The notes beneath the pieces are model-generated. The model saw nothing but the letters and a program-made list of their open reading frames with translations, ran no database searches and was not told the origin of the DNA. A stretch of 64,000 bases of DNA from the NCBI RefSeq assembly GCF_009914755.1, contig NC_060925.1. One strand, 5' to 3'. Shown here in pieces: positions 27,901-43,244 of this stretch (positions are counted from its first letter, which is position 1; every line of letters begins with the position of its first letter). This DNA is from the human T2T-CHM13v2.0 reference genome, Homo sapiens. Position numbers and translations under genes: made by a program.

Positions 27901-29565
27901 GGATTTTGAAGTTCTTGTGTGCTGGAGGTATGGCTGGGTTTTTTCTCACAGCAGAGGCAAGTAATTGTAACTCAGAAATGCATTACTGTCTAGCTGCCTC
28001 CTCTCTATTATTGTACACCTTGAAGGCAAGGATGATTAATTCCTGTCGTGGGGGGGGGTTTGAGGTCTGGATTCTAATTTTTGAAGTTGTATTTAATGTC
28101 TGGAGCAGATTAGGTAATAAAATGCATGTTGAGAATAAGACAGCCTTCTGGTCCCTCTGGGTCCAAGGCTGTAAAGCGTCTAAGGGTTGTTGCCAAACAA
28201 GCCATGGACTGGGTTGGGTTTTTATATTTGATGAAAAAGAGCCTAAATGCTAACTGATTTGGGAGAGGTTGGATAAAGAAAAAGGAGCATTAACCTTGAC
28301 TATGCCTTTAGCTCCAGCCACCTCTTTAAGAGGAAATTGTTGGGCAGGTGGGGGAGGGCTAGTCACGGAATGAAACTGTAAGCCAGACTGGGTGTGAGGA
28401 GGGGAGGTGATAGAAGGATTATAGGATGGAGGAGCGGAGGCTGAGGAAGAATTGGAGCCTGATTCAGCCTGGCAGGGTGCGATCTGAGGTGGAGCAGTCT
28501 AGGGAGGAGGGGAGAGGTCAGATGGGTCGGTAGAAAAGGAAGATAGAAAAGACTTAGCAGCGTTTGGGGTTGGGACTGAGGGGACAGAGGGGAGGGAAAG
28601 GAGGATTTGGGATGGGTCGCATTGGGAACAGAGACTAGGGTGGGACTGATGTGTAAAAGAATGCCTGGATATCAGGCATCTCAGACCATGTGCCCATTTT
28701 ACGACAAGAATTATCTAGATCTTGTAGGATGGAGAAATTGAAAGTGCCATTTTCTGGTTATTTGGAACCATTGTTGAGTTTGTATTGGGGTCAAGCAGTA
28801 TTGCAGAAGAAAATAAGGCATTTAGGTTTTAGGTCAGGTGTGAGTTGAAGAGGTTTTAAGTGCTTGAGAACACAGGATAAGGGAGAAACAGGAGGAATGG
28901 AGGGTGGAAAGTTGCCCATAGTGAAGGAGGCAAGCCAGAGAAAAGAGAGGGTAGAGACACGGAGAGAAGTGGTTGGTGGTGGTACTTGCCCCCCTGGGGA
29001 GGTGGTGCTTGCTACCAAGGTGAAAGATCAAGGCAAGCATCCCTGCGGTGATCAGACACCTCTGAAATGTGGGTGAATAATCAGGCAGGCGTCACCACAG
29101 TGATTAAACATGAAGGGAAGACTGTCTTCCCAAGTTCGTGACTGGCACTGGAGTTTTGGGTTCATGGATAAAACATATCTCCTCTGTCTCTACCAGAAAA
29201 GGAAAGGAACTGAAATTAAGAGAAGGGAGAGATTGAAGGGTGGCACCAAAATTGAAAGGAGAAAGAGGTTGAGGGATAGTGACAGAGGTTGGAGAAGAGA
29301 GTAAAAAGAGGCTGCTTACCCGATTTAAAATGTGAGAAGTTCCTTGGGCTGGTTGGTCTGAGGACCCAAGGTCATAGGTGGATCTTTCTCATGGAGCAAA
29401 CAGCAGGAGGACAGGGGATTGATCTCCCAGTGGAGGCTCCCCTATCCAAGTCTGAGCACTAAATGTCATGCGTGTCCATGTGCAGGCTGCACCCAGATGA
29501 AATAAACAGCTTTATTGCTCACACAAAGCCTGTCTGATGGTTTCTTCACACGGATGCGTGTGACA
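24961..29565 (-). mobile_element. HERV-H provirus, deleted and rearranged, nested in MER4 internal sequence
   Basis: Perfect TSD CAGAG at 24956-24960 and 29566-29570. Degenerate His PBS at about 29445-29463. gag MA (MGNFPPSIPP...LIFFCNTA), two zinc knuckles (27662-27949), protease (LIDMGAT), RT (LDLKGAF, QGFRNSP, YFDN), RNase H and the integrase N-terminus are present. LTR7 3' part at 24961-25116. Confidence 0.92.
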
Positions 29566-31397
29566 CAGAGAATCTCTGATCTCCCAAAATTTGGTGGAGA
29601 TCTAAAGTTTATTTTGCTGTACAACTCTACCCACCCCATCCTTTTTTTTTGAGTTTTACTTGCTTCCAACAAGGAAAGCAAGATTTCCTGTTTCCATGAT
29701 GTTGGAAGGCAGGTAACTCCTTTATGGAATTTGAGCTCACTCCCAGCAGGCAGGATGAGTTTGAGTTTCTTCCTGCTTCTAGGATGGTAGAGGACAGTCT
29801 TCAGCCTGAGACCCATCCCTAGGTAAGTAGCTGAATTTGGGTTTTGTCTTATCTAAAGTCTAACAACCAGCTTGTCTTAATTTCTTTTTACCATTAGAGT
29901 GCTCAGCGATCATATTGTTGGTTTTTTGTTGTTGTTGTTTCTTCCAGTCTTTTGCCAATCAGATTTGACCAACTCTACCTGACTTGGTTAAATCCAAGTG
30001 AGAATTCCAAATTATGGGTAACAAAGCCTCTCTAATTTGGTTAAAATTCCTTGCAACTGCAAAAGAGGAAAAAACAAACAAACAAAAATCCCCAAAACCA
30101 TGTGCTTGGTTTCTGTGTTTACTTCCTATCTTAAAAAAAGTTCTTTTACTTTTTTTCCACCCTATATCTCCTTCCCTCTCTTGCCATCTGCAGCATCAAA
30201 AATCTAGAAAAGGCTTTTAATGACTTGAACCCCTTTAAATAATTCAGAACAAAGGCACCAATCACCCCTTTTGGGATGTTCTTCTTTCTTTGTGGAATTT
30301 CGAGAGTCATGGGCAGATTCTTCTTAGGTCTAAAGCTCTGTTTTCCTGTATTGAATGAGCTGACCTTTTTGGCTTTGGGGGTACCAGAGATTACTTTGTA
30401 CTGTGAGAGGATTTGACCTTGGCATGTGTTATGGCAAATGGGAGCTACAAAGTAGGGGTGGCTGAGTACAGTTTACAGAAAGCGGTCTTGGCTGTTGTTT
30501 CTTATTTTCTCCTAGGAAGTTGTTGTTTAAGGATCCTAATTCTAGTTTGGAGATACATTCTAAAGGGTCTTCTCTATTTACTTTTTCTCCCAAAATTAAT
30601 CTTGAATGAGCTTGTCTGTGTGCATTTGTGTGAGAAACTGTTGTTTTCATAGGTAAATGAGAGACTGAGTTTTCTCAGCTCTGAAGAGAAAGGTCATTTT
30701 GCTCCTCCCAGCCAAAAGGTGCCCCTGAGTAACCAGGGGCCTTGTGGGAGTGTCTGGGGGTTTAACCCCCTGTGATTTGCAGCAGCCCTGCAGGGAAATC
30801 CTCAACAACAATTAATTTGAAAGAATAAGGCTCATCCAGGAAACTCATATAAGGACTGATTGCCCAGCGTTTTGAGCCCTCTCTGAAGTCCTAGACCTCT
30901 GGAGAGAGAAACTGAGACATGTAAGAGGGTGGAAACAACTCAGTGGTGACACACTGTGGAGTCCTGCCCACAAGCAAGCACACATTGATCCACCACACAA
31001 AAACCCTAAGCCACAGCTCAGTTCCTCCTTTTAGGAAAAAAAAAAAAAGTGGGAAACAAATGATGTAAGAATGAGGAGAAAACAAAGAGAATGACTCCTC
31101 TGTGAGCACTCTGTAGGTTTTATGGCATCTCTACTTGCCAGAGTTTATGTAAAATGGAAGTAGTATGGTCTTTGTGCACATTTACATTGAGAAAAAGAGC
31201 CCTAAGGTCAACCTGCAAAGTATAGAGTTCATAAGTTCTCTTTTTTTCTCTATTTTATTTTCTGCCTGCTTTAAATCTGCTGTTATTTTTCTATTAAGAT
31301 AAAAACCACTGTTTGGATCCAACAGGTGTTTTGTTTGCAAGCTGGTGAATTTGTGTTTATCTCATGGCTAAAGTTCTGAAGTAAAAGCTATAGGATC

Positions 31398-31399
<2 letters not shown>

Positions 31400-31436
<37 letters not shown>
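31400..31436. repeat. (TG)n microsatellite
   Basis: More than 15 TG units. Confidence 0.95.
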
Positions 31437-31438
<2 letters not shown>

Positions 31439-33123
31439 ATATTTAAAAGGCATTTATAATTTCTATAATTTGATGTTTAATTGGCAATTCAATCCATTTT
31501 AATTTTCCTGTAACATGCTAGACTTTTTCTCTCTGTACCTAATGATGTAAATTTTACTATTTGATTTTCACCTGATTTGTTTCCTTTGATATGCAAATTT
31601 AAGATGACTTAGCTGACAACTGCCTAGGGTTACCAATAATTTATACAGGTTATTGAAACAGGTTTTCAAGAATTTTAAAGTCTGAGAGGGAAAAAAGAGG
31701 TTTTTATGACTCTATAAGATGTACTTCTATTGGCATGCCTAACACATCTATCTATTTATGTGTTGTGTACACAATGTTTCACTACTGAAAATATATAAAA
31801 GCTCTAATTAATTGGCTTAAGAAAATAAAAGCTCTTGAATCAAATAGTTTATCAGGAAAAAAGAAAAGAGTAGTCAAATGCTTTTTCAAGTTTAATAACT
31901 TAAGTAAAATCTTTAATAAATAAGATAGCCTTAAAATTGTTGGTAAAGTATAATAATATTAGAAATGTCTTAAGAATTTCCAGCATACATTTTTGTTTGT
32001 GCTTATGAATCAAGAAATTTTATACATATCCCTACCAAATACTATAAGGCATCAAAATTTGGAATAGGGGTTACAAAACTCTAAACCAAGCCCCAATCAG
32101 AATGATCTTTGCTTGTGTAATTTCTAATAAATAAGACATTGATATTTGTTTAATGAAACTAGCTACATCTTGAATTTAGTAAGATTACCATAACTTCTAA
32201 TCTTGTGGCTTTAGGCAGTCTAGTCCACAGACAGTAAGGTTTGTTTTGGGAAAGGACTGTTATCATCTTTATTTCAAAGCTAAACTATAAACTAAGTTCC
32301 TCCAAAAGTTAGTTTGGCCTATGCCCAGGTATGAACAAGAACAGCTTGGAGGTTTAAAAGCAAGATAGAGTCAGTTAGGTCAGATCTTCTTCACTGGGTC
32401 TGTTATAATTTTGCAGTGGTGGTTCCATAAGTTTAAATGATGACTATGACAGTTTTCATAAACAATCTAGGCAAATGATTAAAATAAAATAATTAGGTAA
32501 GTGTAATGGACTGAATACTTGTAGACAAATGTCACAATTTAGAATCTAAAGTTATATTAAATTAAGTAATAGATATTTCATTATTTGGGTATTTTCCAAT
32601 AAAAATATATTCGTAGGAAGACATTCTTTCTAAAAAAGTTGTGTTCTTTTTAAAAATGTTGAACAATTTTTGTCGAATTCAAAGCTTATTTAAAGGTTAT
32701 ATATAAAACAAAGTAAAAGGAACAAGGAAATAAGAGAGGTTTAAGGAAAGTTATAAAAATAAAGAGGGTTTTTTCTGGTAAGAAAGCTTAAAGATACATA
32801 ATTTTATATGAGAAAGAATCTTGTATGGTAAATTTAGTCCTAGAATAAAATGACTGGTTATTTAAGAAAGAGGGATGTTCAGGACAAACCAGAAAGTCCA
32901 GGCATATCATGAATGGTCTGTGTAAGTCACAATAAGAGGATTTATTTTAAAAAGCTTTTACACGATCAAGTTGTCTATAATTAAAGGAACATTATAATCT
33001 TTCTAGAGACTGAGCTTGATGTAAAAAACTCATACACTAAATAATTGGTTAGAACAATGAAATTTTCTTAAGGAATTGATTTATTCTTAATAAATTATAA
33101 GAGCTTTTAATTTTTTTTAACCC

Positions 33124-33481
33124 TGATATGATTTGGCTCTGTGTCCCCACCCAAATCTCACCTTGAATTGTAGTGATCCCCACATATCATGGGAAGGACA
33201 CAGTGGGAGGTTATTGAATCATGAGGGTGGGTTTTTCCCTTGCTGTTCTCATGATAGTGAATAAGACTCACAAAACCTGATGGTTTTATAAAGGGGAGTT
33301 CCCCTGCACATGTTATGTGCTCTTGCCTGCTGCCATGTCCCTTTGCTCTTCCTTGGTCTTCTGCCATGATTGTGAGGCCTCCCCAGCCATATGGAACTGT
33401 GAGTCCATTAAACCTCTTTCCTTTATAAATTACCCAGTCTCAGGTATGTCTTTATTGCCAGCATGAGAACAGATGAATACA
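33124..33481 (+). mobile_element. Solo THE1 (B/C-like) MaLR LTR in MER4 internal sequence
   Basis: TGATATGATTTGGCTCTGTGTCCCCACCCAAATCTC...GAATACA; 5-bp TSD AACCC. Confidence 0.92.
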
Positions 33482-35793
33482 AACCCAAAGTTCAACTTTT
33501 ATTACATCTCACCATTTTTGGTTTTCTCTCTCCTTTTAAAGGGTGTGAAATAGTAACGCTCTCCTTCAACTTATTTTCAGCTCACATAAGTTTTTTCCTC
33601 AAGTTTTATTTGTTGTGGCCTAATGCTAACAATGTTTTCTTAAAGGTCTAAACGAAATGTTTTCTTCCAACATAATATCCTGTGAAGTGCAGAAGGTCTT
33701 TTCTTTTGCCTTTTGGTAACTGGCCTAATAGATTTTAAGGTTTATTGAAACAATTCCTATGTATTATTATTAAGTTTTGGTTTGCTTAGGAAAAGGCAGA
33801 TAAAATTTTTTAAAATTAAGGTTATTATATTCATGTATCTTTCTGTATGTGCTTTTAAGTATTTGTGACATTGAGTTACAGGGCTTTGACTCCTGGGTCT
33901 AAAAAGGACACCAAGTCCTGCTAGATCTTAAACACTGTCAGTAATTAAAGCCTCATCTTCAGGCCCAGTAGAAGATGCCAATCAAAATAAACTGCATTCT
34001 TAGACACAGGGCTAGAAATTAAAGCTAATCAACTCCTCAAGGCCCAGAGACTATCATGGAAGAGGTGGGCATGTGAGATTGTAAGGGCCAATTTTGAGAG
34101 ATAAAATAAGTTCAGTTTCTCTATAAGTTAATCATTAATGTCAAAGGCACACTGATGCAAGACCAGCATATGGGACCCTGTGTCAGACTAACAAGATCTT
34201 CTTGAAGCATTAACCAACTTTTTAATAAAGGTTATAAAAGGCTTATGGAAATTTTATGGTCAAGATTAAAACTTTATAGATTGTAAAATTTTGAAAAACA
34301 AATTTAATTGGCTTCATGCTGTTTTATTAGGGTTTATAGTTTGGAAAATGAAGTCTCCTTTCTCAAATAATAAAGGTTTTTGACTTTTTTTTGGGAAATA
34401 CTTGAGTTATCACTTTGGTTAAATGAATGACTTATTTTACAATGACTTCTGATATCAAGTGTTTTAAAGCTTTGATATTTTACAAACTTTCCAAAATCAA
34501 ATTATAAATTCTGTCTTTTTCTGACCTAATTAATTCTTTAAGATATTAGATTCCCTGAAGTCCAAAAATGACATAATTTTGCTTATTTGTATAAAAATTA
34601 TACAGGAAATATTGTTAAATATGAAATTGTGTTTGGTTTTCTTTGGGTTATGTTTATATAAATATGTTATTGGTATGTGTTCCGAAATCATGGGAAACTT
34701 CTATAATTCTGATTGACTTAGTGTATATTATCTATAGTAATTATGTTATGTTAATTAGTTATGATCATTTAAAATAGTTATGTTAAATTATTGTGTGCCA
34801 CAGAGGTAATAAATTCCCTTGTCAATTGTGTCTTTGACTATGGCTGCCCTGAAACTTTTTGTCATCCACAGACAATTGTCTTGTTTAGGTCCTCTTTAGA
34901 AGATGCTATTATAATCAGTTATGAAACTCTAACAGGTGCTCTTAAATACAAGTTTCTGATAACTTTGGATATTGTGACATCAGAATAGAAGAAAAACTGT
35001 CATGACTCATGGAGAACTGAAATGTTCATGAATATGAAGCAGAACAGGAATTAACTACACAGACTGAACTAATAGAAGACTGAAGTAATCTTTTTGACTT
35101 TTTGCTTAAAATGTTGCTGATCCTTTGTTTTTTCAGAGTCAAGGACAATTTTCTTTTGAGCTATTAACAGCTTTTAACAATTTAGTATACTCCTATGGAA
35201 CAAAATTTAGAACATATTTGTTTATCTCCACCTGATTTCTCCAGAATTTGGAAACTATTTGTGGGTATTCATAACTTATGGCAATACAGTTAATTGCATA
35301 AGTGCAGTAAGAATCTGTTTTCATTTATAATAGGACACAATTGGAGAAACTGGTTATTTTGCCAAGGCTTTGACTGGAATGGCATGCTTTCCTTTAAGGA
35401 ATCAAACTTGAGTTATGGAGCCAATAAAAGCCCCTTGGGAAAACTGGCCTCATACCTAGTCTATACAGTCCCTGTACAGGGTTCCTGACCTGAGGTAAGT
35501 AAAGAATGACAGTTTCTGACAGGCCCAGGAGCCCCAAGTTTATCTTGGAACCTCAAGGGGAGAGGAATTCACCCAATTCAAGTATTTGATGGTAAAAATC
35601 TATGGCTGGGCTTGGCTTTAACAAAGTTTTATCTGAGATTCCTTCTATGGAACAAAGTTCCATCAAAGCCAATTTAAAAGCCTATGTAAAAAATAATTAT
35701 TCTTGCTGCTGCACTGTGTACAAATAATCAGTCCAAGTATAATAAAGCAAATCAGTCCTACCATGATTTTTCTTTATTAAAAATGGGAAACTG

Positions 35794-35868
35794 CCGAGAT
35801 CGCGCCACTGCACTCCAGCCTGGGCGACAGAGCGAGACTCCATCTCAAAAAAAAAAAAAAAAAAAAAA
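35794..35868 (+). mobile_element. Severely 5'-truncated young Alu (last 53 nt plus poly(A))
   Basis: CCGAGATCGCGCCACTGCACTCCAGCCTGGGCGACAGAGCGAGACTCCATCTC followed by an A run; TSD AAAAATGGGAAACTG. Confidence 0.95.
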
Positions 35869-36396
35869 TGGGAAACTGGAGAATGAAAAATTATGTTTCA
35901 AAAAATATAGTACACCTGTTTTTACCTTGGATTGAATTATAATTTTTCTTGGCTACAAGTCTTTCAAATAATGTTTTCCATTTTTTTCCTTCTTTATTCC
36001 TCCATTTTTCCTAATTTGGAGTCACTGAAAACTAAGCTGTGCTTTTGTAAAGCTCTGTGAACTGAAGATGGACAATTCAAACTTCAGAAGAAAATAACAG
36101 CAACCTATTTACATACATAAGCCACTTTCATACCTGATGCATGGACCTCAGAGTAATGTGGCCTATCTTGATTTTCCAGGATTGTTCTTTCATTTGTTGT
36201 TGTTTTTCTCCCTTCCTCCCCGTATTTTCTCTTCAGAGGACATGAGACTTCACAACCTGCAAAAAATGAACTTTTGTAATAACTTCGGACCTACTCATCC
36301 AGGAATCCATGAGTAATCAGACAAAACCTGAGACTAGAGACTCATTTTCTTCTAAAATTCTTTCTCCAAACTATTTTTAAAAAGAAAAGGGGGAAA

Positions 36397-36867
36397 TGTG
36401 AAAGGAAAGTAAATCTTGTGGCCCCCAAATCACTAAGCTAAAGGGAAAAGTCAAGCTTGGAACTGCTCAGGGCAAATTTGCCTCCCATTCTATTCAAAGT
36501 CACCCCCTGCCCACTAAGATAAATGCATATCTGATTGCCTCCTTTAGAGAGGCTAATGCGAAACTCAAAAGAATGCCACCATCTGTCTGTTATCTACCTA
36601 TGACCTGGAAGCCCCCTCCCCACTTCAAATTGTCCTGCCTTTTCTTTGGGTAGTCCCACCCTTCTGGACCAAACCAATGTTCATCTTACCTATGTTGATT
36701 GATGTCTTATGTCTCCCTAAAATGTATAAAACCAAACTGTGCTCTGACCACCTTGGCCTGATGTCATCAGGGCCTCCTGAGGCTGTGTCGTGGATGTGTG
36801 TCATCAATCTTGGCAAAATAAACTTTCTAAATTAACTGAGACCTGTCTCAGATATTCAGGTTTCACA
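36397..36867 (+). promoter_or_regulatory. MER4A1 3' LTR
   Basis: Homologous to the 5' LTR with an extra ~20-bp internal repeat unit; AATAAA at about 36817. Confidence 0.88.
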
Positions 36868-37590
36868 ATTCTCAAGCCTTCTCTTTTTCAATTTATAACT
36901 CTTTTATCTGACAGGAATTTTTAAATTTACAACATTTTTACTTATTTGTTCAATTGTAGTACAAATAAAGAAGTTTCAAAACTGATAATCCATACCTCTG
37001 TGAGAAACAAATTTACTAACTAGCAGGTAGTGTTTGTGTACATTTCTTTTTATCTTTAGCCTTATGGTATACCATAAAAGTACTGTTTTCTGAAGTTATT
37101 TAGGTCAGTCTTTTAGTTGTTTTCCTGCCTCCCTTAAGTGTGATTATGAAATTTATTTTTCATATAGTTATATTTCTTTGTGATTGTATTCTATTTTGGG
37201 TTCTATTCACATCCTAGTTGATTTTAATTATGTATTACTTTGCGGGGGGGGGTGATATGCAAAACTTTCCCTTGTGAAAAAAGATGAAAGTCATACTAAA
37301 AGGAATACTCAGAAGAGTGTTGTTTCTCACTTGTCTCTACTATTCTCTGTCCATTTTCTTCTTCTTTCCAGCTAATTCCCTTCTCCTCCTGCAGATTTAG
37401 TTATCTTTTGTTAATGGCACCTCTGTGCAGTACCTCTGTTACCATTAATGCAGCAATGTTGACATATTATCAAACAAAGTTCACAGTTTAATTAGGGTTG
37501 ACTCTTTGTGTTGTATATTCCATGGATTTTGACAAATGAATAAGGATGTGTTTCCAGTTTTATAGTACCATACTACACAAACTAATTTAC

Positions 37591-38030
37591 AGTATTAGTT
37601 ATCTATTGCTGTGTAATAAGTTTTCAGAAACTTAAAATTTAAAACAAAACAAGCAGCTTAGAACCACTTAGATTTGTTATCTCACAAGACTGCAAACAAG
37701 ATGCTGTTTGGACCATGTTCCTATGTGAAGATCATAACCCTCCACTTGGTCCTCCTCCATGCTCCTCCATGGCCTCAACTCCTAGAGGTCCTCTCCATAG
37801 GCAGTTACAACATGACAGTTACCTTCTTCAAGGCCACCAGGAGAATTTCTCAATTCAATCCGCTAAGGCAGAGTCTTCTATAATGTAATATAATCAAGTG
37901 ACTGATTACCCCACATCCTTTGCTATATTCCATTAGTTAGAAGCAATTCAGAGGTTCTTCCTGCACTAAAGGAGGAAGGATTATTCAAAGGTGAACTCAC
38001 TGGAGGTCCCTCTAGGGTGTGTCTGTCATG
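37591..38030 (-). mobile_element. Old MLT1-type MaLR LTR
   Basis: GTATTAGTTATCTATTGCTGTGTAATAAG... is the typical reverse MLT1 terminus. Confidence 0.6.
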
Positions 38031-38890
38031 GTAGCTGCATTCATTTTTGGTTGGTTCTTCCTGAAATTCTTTTGCATAAATGTGTAGATACACATATATT
38101 TTCTTTTAGCCTCTTCTTTCTTATATGATGGATACGAGACCATAGATCATTTTGTACTTTGCTATTTTCACCTAGCAGTAGATGTGGGAAATCATTTCAT
38201 ATAAAGAGATGGAGATCATTTTTCTTTTTTTTTTCAAAATATGTTTAATGTTTTCCTCCCAACTTGGAGAGGTCTTTTCTGGTGGCTGTCTCAGTGGGGT
38301 CTAAGCCCCTCTTTCATTTTTACAGTCCTCCATTGTTGGGATGTACTATAATTTTTCCAACCATTCTCCCAGGATAGACATTTAGGGTTTTTCTGCTGTT
38401 TCACAATTACACATATTGCTTTAGTCGGTGACCTGTACATATGTATTTTCATAATATTGCAGTTATATCTTCTGGACAGATTCCTAGAAGTGGGATTACT
38501 GGCTCAAAAGGTAAGTGCATACGTAGTTTTGTTAGGTGATACCAAATTCCCCTACAGAATAGTTGAACTAGCTCACATTCTCACTAGTAATGTATGAGAC
38601 TGCCTTTTCCACTATGCCCTCCCCAACAGAATGTTTTATTAGACTTTCCATTTTGCAGGCATTCCTCTTATAATGAAAAAATAATTTTTCCAAGTCATTG
38701 CTGAAATCCTAATAAAAAAATCACTGTTCCTCCAACAAATATTTATTGAGGACCTACTCAATAATCTAGGTACTATGTGGGAATGCAACTGTGAGCAAAA
38801 CAAAAACAGTCCCTTTCCTGATGGCATTTCAATCTGGCAACACAGAGAAACGTATGCCAGATGATGAAACCCCCACACAGTCACAGAATA

Positions 38891-39511
38891 TTGTGTGCTG
38901 GATTGTTCCATGATCCATTCAGTTAATCTGGGAACTATGTCTCCCAGAATTCTCTTTCCCGTATGGTTCTAGATTAGAGTGGGCCAACAGGTAAATTTGC
39001 CCAAGATTTTTAGGGGCGGAAATAAATCAGTGACCTTTATTCTCTGCAAGTCCTTGTAGCCAGAATTCTGGACAGACTGGTGCTTGGGTTTCTGGAGTGG
39101 TTTCAATTGTTCTCATTCTCCTCTGCTTTGTGTCCAGCTTTTCTTACTGCCCACTGGTCTTGATGACCAACTACAGCTCTGGCCCACCACCTGATGTTTG
39201 GCTGCAGGACCATAGAGCTGGTAGCTGCACTGGGATAACCCCTTCTAGTAGACCTCTCCAGAAGCTCCCATTTGCCTCTTACTCTGGGAATTGGAGACAG
39301 TTTCTCAGATTTCCCTGTAGACCCAACTTGTCCACCGACCCAGTGCTTTGGGACTAGCAGTGACCCTTCTTTGGTTGTCTCACTCTGTCTTTTAGATTTT
39401 TGCTTCCCTAGCTCCTCTTAAAGTTGCAGGAGGTCTATTTCCCATAATAAATCTCTCCTTCTTTAATCTTCATAATGTTTCTGCTTCCCTGACTGAACCC
39501 TGACCTATACG
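38891..39511 (+). mobile_element. Old ERVL-type solo LTR (LTR33/LTR41-like)
   Basis: TG start, AATAAA, and a 3' end GTTTCTGCTTCCCTGACTGAACCCTGACCTATAC. Confidence 0.5.
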
Positions 39512-40044
39512 TGTAGTAAGTGCAGTGGAGAACTAAGTGCTGCAACAGCATGTTGAACAGAAGGTCCTCAACTAGTTTGGGGATCAGAGAAGGTTCTCTA
39601 GGAAGATGACATTTTATCTGAGGTCTGCAGGGAGTTTAGGAGTTATCTGGGTAAGTATTTTCTGCATCTTGGCTCACTCAACATTTATTCCAGCCTCCTG
39701 GTATCTGTCCCTAAATTCCAGAGGCTAAAAGGCTAAACACTGCATTTCCCTTTCCCTCTTTCCCCTTCTTTTAAAAGATTTTACTTTTTAGAGCCGCGAG
39801 GTTCAAAGCAAAATTGAGCTGAAAGTACAAATGTTTCCCACATACCCCTTCCACCCAAAATACACATCCTCTTGCATCATCAGCATCCTGCCCCACTGCG
39901 GTAGCTCCCAATGCCTTCCTTCTAAAGATCCACTCAGAGTGTGGCAGTCTTCCCAATGTCCCACTCCCTCAAGGGCAGGTGTTCCTCCTGGCTGCATCTA
40001 GTTGGCCATCTTGCCCCCCTATCCTAGGCTCAGTCTTTGGAACT

Positions 40045-42217
<2,173 letters not shown>

Positions 42218-42558
42218 GCCTGGTCTCTTTTGCAGCTAGGTTTCTGAATGAGATTCAGGATTTGTAAATAAGATACAATCATATGAGCCTTGAATTTAGA
42301 ACTGATTTAATGGCTGAGTGAGTCAAGCCTGCAGGAAGTGGTTTTGCCAGTACAGTGTGTAGGAGGGGTGTTAAATTCTGGGGCTGCAGCTCCAGCAGCA
42401 GCTTCTCGATTTGACAAGCTGGTTTATTGATTGTGTCAGGGCCAACAGCTTCCTCTGCAGCCCAGTCTTGAGGCTGAAGATATTAGTAGCCAAGTGAGGA
42501 ATGCCTTTATTAGGGTGTGCAAAATTGGTTCAACTAAACTGAATGTTAAAGATGATCA

Positions 42559-42811
<253 letters not shown>

Positions 42812-42821
42812 GGGCTCACAT

Positions 42822-43118
42822 GACCGAGTGTGGTGGCTCATGCCTATAATCCCAGCACTTTGAGAGACCAAGGCAGGAGGATCGCTTGAGCTCAGAAGTT
42901 CAACACAAGCCTTGTCAACATAGCAAGACCTATTCTCTACTAAAAAATATTAGCTGGGTGTGGTGGCACATGCCTGTAGTGCCAGCTACATGGGAAGCTC
43001 AAGTGGGAGGATAGCTTGAGCCTAGGACATCATGGCTGCAGTGAGCCCTGATTGCCTCACTCCAGCCTGGGTGACAGAGTGAGGTCCTGTCTAAAAAAAA
43101 AAAGAGAGAGAGAGAAAG
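42822..43118 (+). mobile_element. AluJ-like, tandem to the previous Alu
   Basis: Dimer with an A/(AG)n tail. Confidence 0.9.
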
Positions 43119-43244
43119 ACCATATGGCCATTTTAGGGTCTTCATGCTACTGAACAATAGGCTCAAAGGAGGACCACTTAGTTGGAAGTGAAGTACAAAT
43201 ATGGGAAGAGGGTTATGCATCAGTCAGATAAATGAAAGGATTAT

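Larger units (their letters stand above)
24365..36867 (+). mobile_element. MER4A1-LTR non-autonomous provirus (MER4-group internal sequence)
   Basis: LTRs at 24365-24815 and 36397-36867. PBS TGGCAACCACAAAGGGA (Arg-like) follows the 5' LTR, and PPT AAAAGAAAAGGGGGAAA precedes the 3' LTR. Flanks ATTT/ATTC. The internal region is AT-rich and non-coding. Confidence 0.9.

Noticed and set aside
25252-29018. gag/pro/pol ORFs as a functional retroviral gene
   Set aside because: They are fragmented by stops and frameshifts, with mutated catalytic motifs (DMGA, YFDN) and a broken first zinc knuckle.
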